29,641 bases of DNA. Source: a virus. Taxonomy: Duplodnaviria; Caudoviricetes. The first letter of the stretch is position 1. Each line of letters starts with the position of its first letter. Location of the stretch: the IMG/VR virus record IMGVR_UViG_3300032232_000877, positions 1 through 29,641 of that record, one strand, 5' to 3'. The notes beneath the pieces are model-generated. The model had not been told where the DNA came from, did not search any database, and was given only the letters and a program-made list of their open reading frames with translations. A program made the position numbers and the translations under genes. Below are positions 1 through 8,003 of the stretch, piece by piece.

Positions 1-981
1 ATAATGAAAGCGCGGACCATACACTACGCTACTGGTTGTAGACAAGTATTTGCGCGGCGCGGTTGATCGCTCAACTTGAGCACCATGTATATATGCAGCC
101 AATGGAGCGCTAGACACAATGTATTGCTCGGCACGAACTGCGCTTAAACTGGAAACAAATGCTAGTTGAAAACCTGACGCCGTTGCAGTTGTTGCGGGCG
201 CTGTTATGAAGATTCTCATCCATCCATTTGATAATGTTTCTATACCAGATGAAATTATGCTGCTGCCACCGTCAGTGGTACTTACAATTTTATCTTGAAT
301 ATCAAAGTTTTTAAATGCGGTTGCGCCAAATCCACCACTCCAAAATGTAAGTTGAAAGTATCGTGCTGGTGTTGTTTCGTGCTGTTTGATATACACACTC
401 ATGCAATATGTTTGACCTATAACTGGAGTGTAAGGCCCATTCAATTCATGCACGTGGCGAGCGCGGGCATCGGCATCGGTTACCTGAGTAATTGTGGTTG
501 CATTGTTTGCAACACCAAATGGATCTGTTGTAGTGCCGTCAGCTTCAGTCACATATGCACTGCTATCCCAATGTGCGTTTTGAAATGTGTATGAATAGGG
601 TGTAAGATTTTCAGGAGCATAGCGCAATGCGCCAACATGATCTTTATATGTAGCACCGCTCGCTCGTGTGAATTCTGCAGGCGGTCCGGCTTTACCATTT
701 ATAAGAGTGCCGTCTGCTACCGCAGTATTCTTTGTAACATACTGATCTTCCTTAAAATTAAATTCCAATGATGGAGTGTTGTTTAGAGCTTCGCCTACCG
801 CAGATATATTAACAAACGGAGCCAGAGCTGCTGTTAATGCAGTTGTGACAGGCTTGCCGCTGTCGCTGGTATTGTTTAATTGGTCTAAAGCAAGCGCATT
901 TTTAATAACATCTGCTTTAGAAAAAACATCTGCGGTTGGTATTGTGGCTCCTGCACCCACATTTACGTTATATGTCGGCAT
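1..981 (-). CDS. Virion-associated fibre/decoration-type protein, 3'-truncated by window edge (absent from ORF track)
   Basis: Manual translation from ATG at 981 is open to base 1: MPTYNVNVGAG...FTRASGATYKDHVGALRYAPENL...SNGWMRI...HGAQVERSTAPRKYLSTTSSVVYGPRFHY. The FTRAS..TY / GAQxE / PRF motifs are typical of phage beta-sandwich carbohydrate-binding structural proteins. A late-promoter motif lies just upstream. Confidence 0.75.
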   Translation of the reverse strand, partial: MPTYNVNVGAGATIPTADVFSKADVIKNALALDQLNNTSDSGKPVTTALTAALAPFVNISAVGEALNNTPSLEFNFKEDQYVTKNTAVADGTLINGKAGPPAEFTRASGATYKDHVGALRYAPENLTPYSYTFQNAHWDSSAYVTEADGTTTDPFGVANNATTITQVTDADARARHVHELNGPYTPVIGQTYCMSVYIKQHETTPARYFQLTFWSGGFGATAFKNFDIQDKIVSTTDGGSSIISSGIETLSNGWMRIFITAPATTATASGFQLAFVSSLSAVRAEQYIVSSAPLAAYIHGAQVERSTAPRKYLSTTSSVVYGPRFHY

Positions 982-986
982 AATAC

Positions 987-994
987 TATTTATT
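987..994 (-). promoter_or_regulatory. T4-type late promoter variant AATAAATA
   Basis: Plus strand tatttatt, 5 nt upstream of ATG at 981. Confidence 0.6.
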
Positions 995-1054
995 GTACAT
1001 TATCCACACTGTTCGTAAACGACGGCTGAATCATAAACTCTTGAAGCATTGCAC

Positions 1055-1249
1055 TCATATGCTTGTATTTATACTATCAATTTCTGCATTACTTTTCGCT
1101 TCTTCTTCACTATCAAACCATGTCCATCCATCTATTGGATATTCATAAGTATCTTTATCTTGTGCTATCAACACATATCCATCTCCTTCTACTATGTTTG
1201 GAGCGTAGAGTAGTGCGTCATTTTCTTTTCTGTAAAATCCTGCTGTCAT
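1055..1249 (-). CDS. Small acidic hypothetical protein (64 aa), probable companion of the LRR fibre protein
   Basis: Co-oriented, starts 4 nt after the LRR gene stop; protein-like aromatic motif YEYPIDGWTWFDSEEEA. Confidence 0.7.
   Translation of the reverse strand: MTAGFYRKENDALLYAPNIVEGDGYVLIAQDKDTYEYPIDGWTWFDSEEEAKSNAEIDSINTSI
1066..1073 (-). promoter_or_regulatory. T4 late promoter TATAAATA
   Basis: Exact consensus (plus strand tatttata) in the 3' end of the 64-aa ORF, ~85 nt upstream of the next gene. Confidence 0.55.
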
Positions 1250-1253
1250 AAAA

Positions 1254-3902
1254 TTATCCTGTTACAGTCCAGCCTTTTAATAAAGCTGTGCCTGTTCTTA
1301 ATTGTCTAAAAGTTAAACTTTGTGTTGTGGGAGAGGTCGTTCCGCGTGAAACAGTAATGCTTACATTAGGATTGATAGAAACCACTTCTGTTCGATAACG
1401 CATAAAGCCTGATCCATTTGTTGTTAATGGCAGCACCGCTCCACCAGATGTTGCGGCCAATTGAAATGTATTTGCTGCCGCATTTATTACATAATAAATT
1501 CTATTACTAATTATCCCTGTTGTCGTTGTTATTGATTGAAAAGAAACTTCATCCCCATTGCTAAATCCATGAGATGCGAGGTTAACCAAATCTCCAGCAT
1601 CAGTAAATGTAACTGCTCTTGAAGTCGTCAAAGGAGTTCCCGCTCCTGTTACTTGCATTCCGACAGCAATGTCAGCTGTATTTGCCATTGTTATTGTTGT
1701 TCCGCCAATCGTAGTAGTTCCCGTCCGTGTTACAGGTGTTGGCGCTCCCCAGTTGTTTGATATGGTTAATGTTTGTAATGATGCTCCAACTGTATCAAGA
1801 TTATTAAATATAGATTCAAGTTCTTCTTTTGATAATTTACAACCAGTAAAAGATATTGAGTATTCAGCCCCACTTAGCGCAGCGCGTGTTAGTGATATAC
1901 AGCCACTAAATATATTATTAAATTTTGTAGTAGTTGTACCAGCACCCGTATTGAATAACGGAACAGTTGTAAGACCGCTGCAACCGCTAAACATACCAGT
2001 CATGTCAGTGACAGATGCAGTATTGAATAACTGAACAGATGTGAGTCTAATGCAACCGCTAAACATACCAGTCATGCCAGTAACAGATGCCGTATTGAAT
2101 AACGGCACAGTTACTAGACTGCTGCAACTGCTAAACATATTATTCATGCTAGTAACCGATGCCGTATTGAATAATGGAACATTTAATAGACTGTTGCAAC
2201 TGTTAAACATACTATTCATACTAATGACAGATGCAGTATTGAATAATGGAACATTTAATAGACTGCTGCAACCGCTAAACATACCAGTCATGCCAGTAAC
2301 AGATGCCGTATTGAATAATGGAACCGTTAATAGACTGTTGCAACCGTTAAACATATTATCCATGCTAATTACTTGCACCGTATTAAATAATGGAACAGAT
2401 GTGAGACTTCTGCAACTGCTAAACATGTTGCTCATGTCAGTGACAGATGCAGTATTGAATAACGGCACAGTTACTAGACTGCTGCAACTGCTAAACATAT
2501 CGAACATGCTTATAACATTCACCGTATTAAATAATGGAACATTTAATAGACCGTAGCAAGAGCCAAACATGCCATACATCTCATTAACATTCTCTGTATT
2601 AAATAAAGGTACTGTTGTTAGAGAGAGGCATGTCACAAACATGCCACTCATGGATATTACATTCACCGTATTAAATAACGGAACAGTTTCGAGATTGTAA
2701 CAATTGGAAAACATGTCGGCCATGTCAGTAACATTCTCTGTATTAAACAATGGCACAGTTACTAGACTGCTGCAACTGCCAAACATGCCACTCATGCCAG
2801 TAACAGATGCCGTATTGAATAATGGAACATTTAATAGACTGTTGCAATTGTAAAACATGACAGCCATGTTTGTTACATTCACTGTATTAAATAACGGCAC
2901 AGTATTAAGAGAGTAGCATAAGATAAACATGGCGGACATGTCAGTAACATTCTCTGTATTAAACAATGGCACAGTTGATAGACTTGTGCAAGCGCCAAAC
3001 ATGCTAGACATGTTTGTTACATTCACTGTATTAAATAACGGAACAGTTGCGAGACTGTCGCATTGATTAAACATGCCATTCATGTTAGTAACATTAACTG
3101 TATTAAACAATGGAACAGTTAATAGACTGCTGCAACTGCTAAACATGTCACCCATGTTTGTTACATTCACTGTATTAAATAATGACACAGTTGTAAGACC
3201 GTAGCAATTGAGAAACATGCTAGACATGTTTGTGACATTAGAAATGTTATCAAAAGATACATTTCTTAATGATTGTAAATTTGAAAAAGAAGAAGACAAA
3301 CTGGTTAAAAGTCCCATATTAACACCAGAAAAATTAATTAAATTTTTACAAAATGTATTTGCGCCAGTCTGTGATCCAAGAGACAAACTGGTCATGTTTG
3401 GGCATGATAATATTATTTCTAATATGGGAGAGCTATCAGGAAAAGTAGATCCAGTGAGTGCATACTTTTGATTAAAATTTACGCTTGTTATGTTTTGACC
3501 TGCTTGTGGAATGACTACCACAACCGCCATTTTATAACCACCGCTTGCAACAGTAGCATTTAAATCTGCATCTGCGTATGAATATTCATGTTGAGCTTTT
3601 ACTCCTGTCGCAACATTTTCTGTAACGCCGTCACCCCAATCTACGGTGTATGCTCCAGCAATTGTAAATGCAAGAAAATTAGATCCTTGCGGATAAACAG
3701 GCATCAACATTGCTATTTTTTGCTCTGAAGATGTTATGGTCGGCATTGTCAACCAATCAGTTGGACGAACCCATGCATTTGAAACCTGTTCAACGGCGAC
3801 AGATGGCTTTTTTATACGCGAACTATCAAATCGGTCTTTTTTAAAAAAAGAAGATTTGCGCGAAACTAATGGTCCAACTTTATTTCCGTAACGAACGCTC
3901 AT
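1254..3902 (-). CDS. BspA/DUF285-like leucine-rich-repeat protein, putative receptor-binding virion protein (882 aa)
   Basis: N-terminal PKD-like motif (YTVDWGDG...HEY); ~18 repeats LxxVPLFNTxxVxxMxxMFxxCxx; C-terminal HGFSNGDEV...YYVIN...TFQLA module as seen in phage tail proteins. Confidence 0.85.
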   Translation of the reverse strand: MSVRYGNKVGPLVSRKSSFFKKDRFDSSRIKKPSVAVEQVSNAWVRPTDWLTMPTITSSEQKIAMLMPVYPQGSNFLAFTIAGAYTVDWGDGVTENVATGVKAQHEYSYADADLNATVASGGYKMAVVVVIPQAGQNITSVNFNQKYALTGSTFPDSSPILEIILSCPNMTSLSLGSQTGANTFCKNLINFSGVNMGLLTSLSSSFSNLQSLRNVSFDNISNVTNMSSMFLNCYGLTTVSLFNTVNVTNMGDMFSSCSSLLTVPLFNTVNVTNMNGMFNQCDSLATVPLFNTVNVTNMSSMFGACTSLSTVPLFNTENVTDMSAMFILCYSLNTVPLFNTVNVTNMAVMFYNCNSLLNVPLFNTASVTGMSGMFGSCSSLVTVPLFNTENVTDMADMFSNCYNLETVPLFNTVNVISMSGMFVTCLSLTTVPLFNTENVNEMYGMFGSCYGLLNVPLFNTVNVISMFDMFSSCSSLVTVPLFNTASVTDMSNMFSSCRSLTSVPLFNTVQVISMDNMFNGCNSLLTVPLFNTASVTGMTGMFSGCSSLLNVPLFNTASVISMNSMFNSCNSLLNVPLFNTASVTSMNNMFSSCSSLVTVPLFNTASVTGMTGMFSGCIRLTSVQLFNTASVTDMTGMFSGCSGLTTVPLFNTGAGTTTTKFNNIFSGCISLTRAALSGAEYSISFTGCKLSKEELESIFNNLDTVGASLQTLTISNNWGAPTPVTRTGTTTIGGTTITMANTADIAVGMQVTGAGTPLTTSRAVTFTDAGDLVNLASHGFSNGDEVSFQSITTTTGIISNRIYYVINAAANTFQLAATSGGAVLPLTTNGSGFMRYRTEVVSINPNVSITVSRGTTSPTTQSLTFRQLRTGTALLKGWTVTG
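1930..3270 (-). repeat. Tandem 72-bp (24-aa) LRR-coding repeat array, ~18 units
   Basis: Anchor ttgaataa recurs at 1951, 2023, 2095 and onward with a 72-nt period; protein repeats counted directly. Confidence 0.95.
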
Positions 3903-3903
3903 A

Positions 3904-4269
3904 TTAACTTATTCTATTCACATAACCAAAAACATTGACACCACCTGTTACGCTAGTATTTCCATATATTGATAATCCTGTTGTGCCGTCACCCTTGGCT
4001 ATTAAGCCTGGGCATATTAATACATTGCCAGCATACGCCTCGATAACTCCTTCAAATAAAACATCAGTTGTAAAATTTGTGCCACCATACAATAAATTAA
4101 ACATTACATCTGATGATGTAGGATTGGAGGCGTATAACCAAACTTCATCAATAACACTCGAAGAAGTTTGCGTGGTGTGTAGCGTTGTTGTACTACTGCC
4201 TGTTGCAGTAATATTAATTGATTTACCATTTGTGCTTTGCGATAAGAATTGTTTTGAGTATGTGGCCAT
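3904..4269 (-). CDS. Small beta-rich tail-fibre-associated hypothetical protein (121 aa)
   Basis: Tightly packed between fibre and LRR genes; MATYSKQFLS.STNGK...DEVWLYA...VFGYVNRIS resembles a recurrent aquatic-phage fibre-module protein (recollection, unverified). Confidence 0.75.
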   Translation of the reverse strand: MATYSKQFLSQSTNGKSINITATGSSTTTLHTTQTSSSVIDEVWLYASNPTSSDVMFNLLYGGTNFTTDVLFEGVIEAYAGNVLICPGLIAKGDGTTGLSIYGNTSVTGGVNVFGYVNRIS

Positions 4270-4278
4270 AAATTTATT

Positions 4279-5496
4279 TTATAAAAAGATTGAAAGACAT
4301 ATAATATTGTTTGAATTGTCTGCGGCAAGTGATGTCAGATCTTGATCACCAGTGTTTGTACCGCTGTTGGTTCCGGTAATATCACTCGTCAGTGCAATTG
4401 TGCCTGCTTTATTAGGAAATGCAATCGCTCGGTTGGCTGTCGGGCTGTGGGAGAGCGTGGTGGTGTAAGTGCCGTTGTTGAGCTTGAAGGTTGAGCCTGA
4501 TTGGATGTGACCCGAAATTGTGTAGATGTGACCAGCTGATCCTTCTGTCCAGATCACGCCTGTTTCTCCACTTATCTTGATGTCGCCGTCCGATTGAAAC
4601 GTTCTGCCATTGATGCTACCATCATAACCAATAGATCCGACGCTACCTTCGTCAGCACTGACAAACTCCATAAAGCCTCCTCCAAACGAAAACAAACTAC
4701 ATGCTACTCCTGTCTCTGTGCTAAAACTCCCTGCTGCTCCAGAAGAGCTTGAGCCATATACTCCTTGTCCAGAATCACTGTCTCCACGCACTCCAGTTCC
4801 CGAAGTGCTATTTCCTTGAACACCAGTGCCGCTGGGAGCGATTCCAGTAACAGCATTGAAAGCTCCAGATGGAGATGTGCATGATAATGTTCCTGCAAAG
4901 GCAGCCCCGCCTAAGCCATCCCGCAGGGCAAGCGTGTTTGCGGTGGCTGCGGAGGTGGCAGCATCTACTTTCGACAACCGTGAATCGTTTGTTAAAGCGA
5001 CCGTGCCAGTAGCATCGGGCAGCGTATAGGTGCAATTAGCAGTTAAAGTGTCAGGCGGATGGATGCGTCCAGTGAAAGATCCGCGAATCCAACCAAATGC
5101 GCCTTTTACCCGTGAGACGAATGACTGGTCTATGCTTGAATCACCAAAAGTAGCATGGTAAGTGCCGCTACTGCTAGTGATTGCTGCAGCTGCGGTAGAA
5201 ACGCTACGCACTACAATTCCACCGCTGCCATTAGTTCCGCGCGCATCAATTGCATATGTACCGCTCGCACCAGTAGCTGTAGCATATATTGCGGCTGCGC
5301 CTGCAACCGTGCGAGCAGTTGTAAAATTAGCTAAACCATTAGCATCACGTTTTACAATGGCATTGGGAGTTTCTACGCCTGTGCTAAATACAAAATCAAG
5401 ATAGTTTAGACTCTTTGCATACAGCGTCCCAGGCGCACTTAAAGACACATTAACACCAGGAGGCTGCGCAATTCTAACTGTTAAGTTGTTGTCCAT
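4279..5496 (-). CDS. Gly/Ser/Thr-rich tail fibre-like protein (~405 aa; start reassigned to ATG 5496)
   Basis: TAATG stop/start overlap with the upstream gene at 5494-5498. Fibre motifs NAIVKRDANG, TYTLPDATGTVAL, GTGVxGxS beta-helix repeats, AFPNKAGTIALTSDI, GTNTGDQDL. Confidence 0.8.
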   Translation of the reverse strand: MDNNLTVRIAQPPGVNVSLSAPGTLYAKSLNYLDFVFSTGVETPNAIVKRDANGLANFTTARTVAGAAAIYATATGASGTYAIDARGTNGSGGIVVRSVSTAAAAITSSSGTYHATFGDSSIDQSFVSRVKGAFGWIRGSFTGRIHPPDTLTANCTYTLPDATGTVALTNDSRLSKVDAATSAATANTLALRDGLGGAAFAGTLSCTSPSGAFNAVTGIAPSGTGVQGNSTSGTGVRGDSDSGQGVYGSSSSGAAGSFSTETGVACSLFSFGGGFMEFVSADEGSVGSIGYDGSINGRTFQSDGDIKISGETGVIWTEGSAGHIYTISGHIQSGSTFKLNNGTYTTTLSHSPTANRAIAFPNKAGTIALTSDITGTNSGTNTGDQDLTSLAADNSNNIICLSIFL

Positions 5497-6107
5497 TATG
5501 ATATGTTGTACCAATTAAATCCATTGCTTTGAACTTTTAATGTTTGCCATTGCGTAAGTATTGTTGGATTAACGGTGGCATCAACAGTACCAACTATTGT
5601 TACCACATTTGCGGTAGCATCAATTTTCTTTATGATAAAAATTTTGTTGGGTGCAGATGCAGCAGCTGGCAGTGTGATGCTTATGGCATTGCTTACACAA
5701 TTGCAAAGTACAGTATTGTCTGTTACTTTAAGAGCGTAGGACGCAGTTACGGTAAATATTTGTGCACTAAAAAGATTGCTACTAGAACCAGCATTAAAAT
5801 CAATTTGCCCTTCAACCACTCTGGTAACTTTACCAGTGGATGTTTGCGTTATTTCTACATCATATAAGTAACGCCCTGGTTTTATAGCTGCCGTTGTGGC
5901 CGAATCCAATGACAGCTGCAGCTGTCCAGTTGTTGGTTGTGGTATAGACACAACAAAATCATAGGATGTACTGCTGGTGTAAGATTTGCGAATCTTCCCG
6001 CGCGCGGTATAACCAGTAAGATTTACATCAAGATCACCGCTTCCTACGTTTACGACGGTAGAAAAGTATGATCCTTGATCAGCATATAAGTCTGCATACA
6101 TTGCCAT
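5496..6107 (-). CDS. Virion structural/fibre attachment protein (203 aa): BppU-like N-terminal beta-sandwich plus C-terminal gp9/gp10-like module
   Basis: DQGS.F...NLTGYTARGKIRKSY...LSL...T.AIKPGRYLYDVEI...RVVEG motif common in T4-like phages; C-terminal ITLPAA...IIKKID...NW module; perfect late promoter upstream. Confidence 0.75.
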   Translation of the reverse strand: MAMYADLYADQGSYFSTVVNVGSGDLDVNLTGYTARGKIRKSYTSSTSYDFVVSIPQPTTGQLQLSLDSATTAAIKPGRYLYDVEITQTSTGKVTRVVEGQIDFNAGSSSNLFSAQIFTVTASYALKVTDNTVLCNCVSNAISITLPAAASAPNKIFIIKKIDATANVVTIVGTVDATVNPTILTQWQTLKVQSNGFNWYNIS

Positions 6108-6113
6108 ATTCTG

Positions 6114-6121
6114 TATTTATA
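6114..6121 (-). promoter_or_regulatory. T4 late promoter TATAAATA
   Basis: Exact consensus, intergenic, 6 nt upstream of ATG at 6107. Confidence 0.85.
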
Positions 6122-6135
6122 ACAGAGGACTATTC

Positions 6136-6813
6136 TTATTTTAAAGTGTCTTGCAATGATGCAGAATAGGCACACCATTCTGCATCATACTTAAGGTCAG
6201 ATTTTATACCAAGCCAAGGGCCGCCTTCAGTAAAATGTAATGCCTTTGGTTTCTTTTCAGATGTTTCGGTATACCAGCCGACTAGCCAATTCCACTCATA
6301 TGAAATTTCACCAATGTCAGAGTCGTCTAACCATTGGAATCGATGTAAGAAACTAGCACTCGCAGAGTTTAGCAAATCACCATCAAGAATTTTATTTTTA
6401 GGGTGAGCATTGTTCCATAAGATCAAGCTACTCCAATTTTTCCTAGGATAAACACTTTGAGGTTTATCATTCATCTTTAGAGTATTGCACGGAGTATAGT
6501 CATGCTTTACAACTTGCACTGCATATTGAGGATCGCATTGATCTATTAGCTTTTGAATATCTTCTAGGAATAAAAAGTCGCTGTCACAAAATATACTCCA
6601 TCCTTGGTAACCATTTATGAATGGCACATAAAAGCGTGCATATGTGAAAGGAGTTGATGCAAGAGGATCGCATGGGCGGTCATAGCCAACTATAGTATTA
6701 GAGTTAATTTTACTTATGGTGATAGCATTAGAACTGCTATTCTTAATGATGGAATGTTTGCATACTTGAAATGCAATGTCCTGTGAGTCGTCATATCCGA
6801 TGTGTATGTTCAT
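6136..6813 (-). CDS. GT-A fold glycosyltransferase (GT8-related, plant CDI-like) (225 aa)
   Basis: IHIGYD, STPFTYARF, DxD motif (FCDSDFL), KHDY.P, YPRKNWSS, LHRFQW, WNWLVG, HFTEGGPW. Confidence 0.85.
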   Translation of the reverse strand: MNIHIGYDDSQDIAFQVCKHSIIKNSSSNAITISKINSNTIVGYDRPCDPLASTPFTYARFYVPFINGYQGWSIFCDSDFLFLEDIQKLIDQCDPQYAVQVVKHDYTPCNTLKMNDKPQSVYPRKNWSSLILWNNAHPKNKILDGDLLNSASASFLHRFQWLDDSDIGEISYEWNWLVGWYTETSEKKPKALHFTEGGPWLGIKSDLKYDAEWCAYSASLQDTLK

Positions 6814-6816
6814 ATT

Positions 6817-7368
6817 TTAATATAATTGAGTAATAACACCAGATTTAATTAAAGTTTTATAATAAAGAACTTGTTGAAAAACTGGAGTTGTAAAATTACT
6901 AGAATCTTTTTTAACATTATCAATACTTATATTACCATTTTCATACAAGTCAAATCCACATACATTTATCTTATGAGAAGGATATCTCAATAACGCTAAC
7001 AATATAGAACTGATTCCAGCATCTGGCATATATGAATTGTTTAAATTTGCGACATTACCAAAATACTTTTTAATGTAAGACATTTCATTTTCATTTATCA
7101 TTTTGAAAATTAAATTAAACTGTTCATAGCATATAGTATCATCTGAAGATATCCAAATGTCTAAGTTTTTTAACTTGTCAATATGATTAGATAATTTATC
7201 AGGAGACTGCGTTGAAAAGATATGCGTCTTAAGTCCAATGACATCATGGTTGTTGTCATTTGGTAAATGATTAACTCTTATAATAATGTCATGTGAATCT
7301 ATAAGAGAACCTATTTTATGAGATAATAGTGAACAGCCTTTACCCACAATGCATATGCGACTATTCAT
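6817..7368 (-). CDS. GT29 sialyltransferase-like protein, paralog B (183 aa)
   Basis: Sialylmotif-L-like CIVGKG.SLL...G.LIDSHDIIIRVN..P...G.KT; S-like PDAGISSILLAL...VCGFD; VS His absent. Confidence 0.7.
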   Translation of the reverse strand: MNSRICIVGKGCSLLSHKIGSLIDSHDIIIRVNHLPNDNNHDVIGLKTHIFSTQSPDKLSNHIDKLKNLDIWISSDDTICYEQFNLIFKMINENEMSYIKKYFGNVANLNNSYMPDAGISSILLALLRYPSHKINVCGFDLYENGNISIDNVKKDSSNFTTPVFQQVLYYKTLIKSGVITQLY

Positions 7369-8003
7369 AATTCTTTAATTTTACCAGACCTAATTAAATT
7401 TTTATATAATAATATTTCTTGTAAAACCGGTGTTATGAAAATGCTGGAATTGTAGTTTGATTGGTATATGTTATGATTTCCTTCTTTATATAAGTCAAAA
7501 CCACAAATGCTTATATCATGTGAAGGAAATCTTAATAGAGCTAATGATATGGTTGTCATTCCAGTATCAGGAATACAGAAACCAACTCTAAGATCCTCCT
7601 TATATAATTTTAAATTAAGTTTGTTTTTATAAAATTTTTCAATATATGACATTTCATTTTTTGTCATATATTGAAATGTATTACTTTTGTTTTTATATAT
7701 CTCTATATTAGGATTGGCTTGGTATTTAGGCTTTTGAATAAATCTTTCATATTTAAATTTTTGTATATTATCAGAACATATCCATACTTTTTCATTTTTT
7801 ATATTTCGTATAAAAAAAAATAATTTTTCTTCGCTTCTGCTAGAAAAGATATGAGTCTTTAGTCCTAGGACAGTAAAATTAGATTCATCAGGAATATGAT
7901 TAACTCTTATAATGATGTCATGGGAATCTATAAGTGATCCTAATCGTTTACTTAACAGTGAATATCCTTTGCCTACAATGCATACACTTTGTCTTTTATG
8001 CAT
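7365..8003 (-). CDS. GT29 sialyltransferase-like protein, paralog A (212 aa)
   Basis: Same L-like motif; S-like PDTGMTTISLAL...ICGFD; VS His absent; overlaps both neighbours (4 and 8 nt). Confidence 0.7.
   Translation of the reverse strand: MHKRQSVCIVGKGYSLLSKRLGSLIDSHDIIIRVNHIPDESNFTVLGLKTHIFSSRSEEKLFFFIRNIKNEKVWICSDNIQKFKYERFIQKPKYQANPNIEIYKNKSNTFQYMTKNEMSYIEKFYKNKLNLKLYKEDLRVGFCIPDTGMTTISLALLRFPSHDISICGFDLYKEGNHNIYQSNYNSSIFITPVLQEILLYKNLIRSGKIKEL

Noticed and set aside
295-1018. Plus-strand ORFs 295-594 (Cys-rich) and 776-1018
   Set aside because: Fully overlapped by the better-supported minus-strand gene 981..<1
995-1054. Intergenic gap as a terminator or ncRNA
   Set aside because: No convincing stem-loop with a U-tract and no tRNA-like features
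1669-2556. Plus-strand repetitive ORFs (121 and 171 aa)
   Set aside because: Antisense shadows of the LRR gene
1930-3270. CRISPR array or DGR template/variable repeat
   Set aside because: The period is a multiple of 3 inside an open frame with no unique spacers; variation is not visibly adenine-restricted; no reverse transcriptase or separate template repeat is in the window
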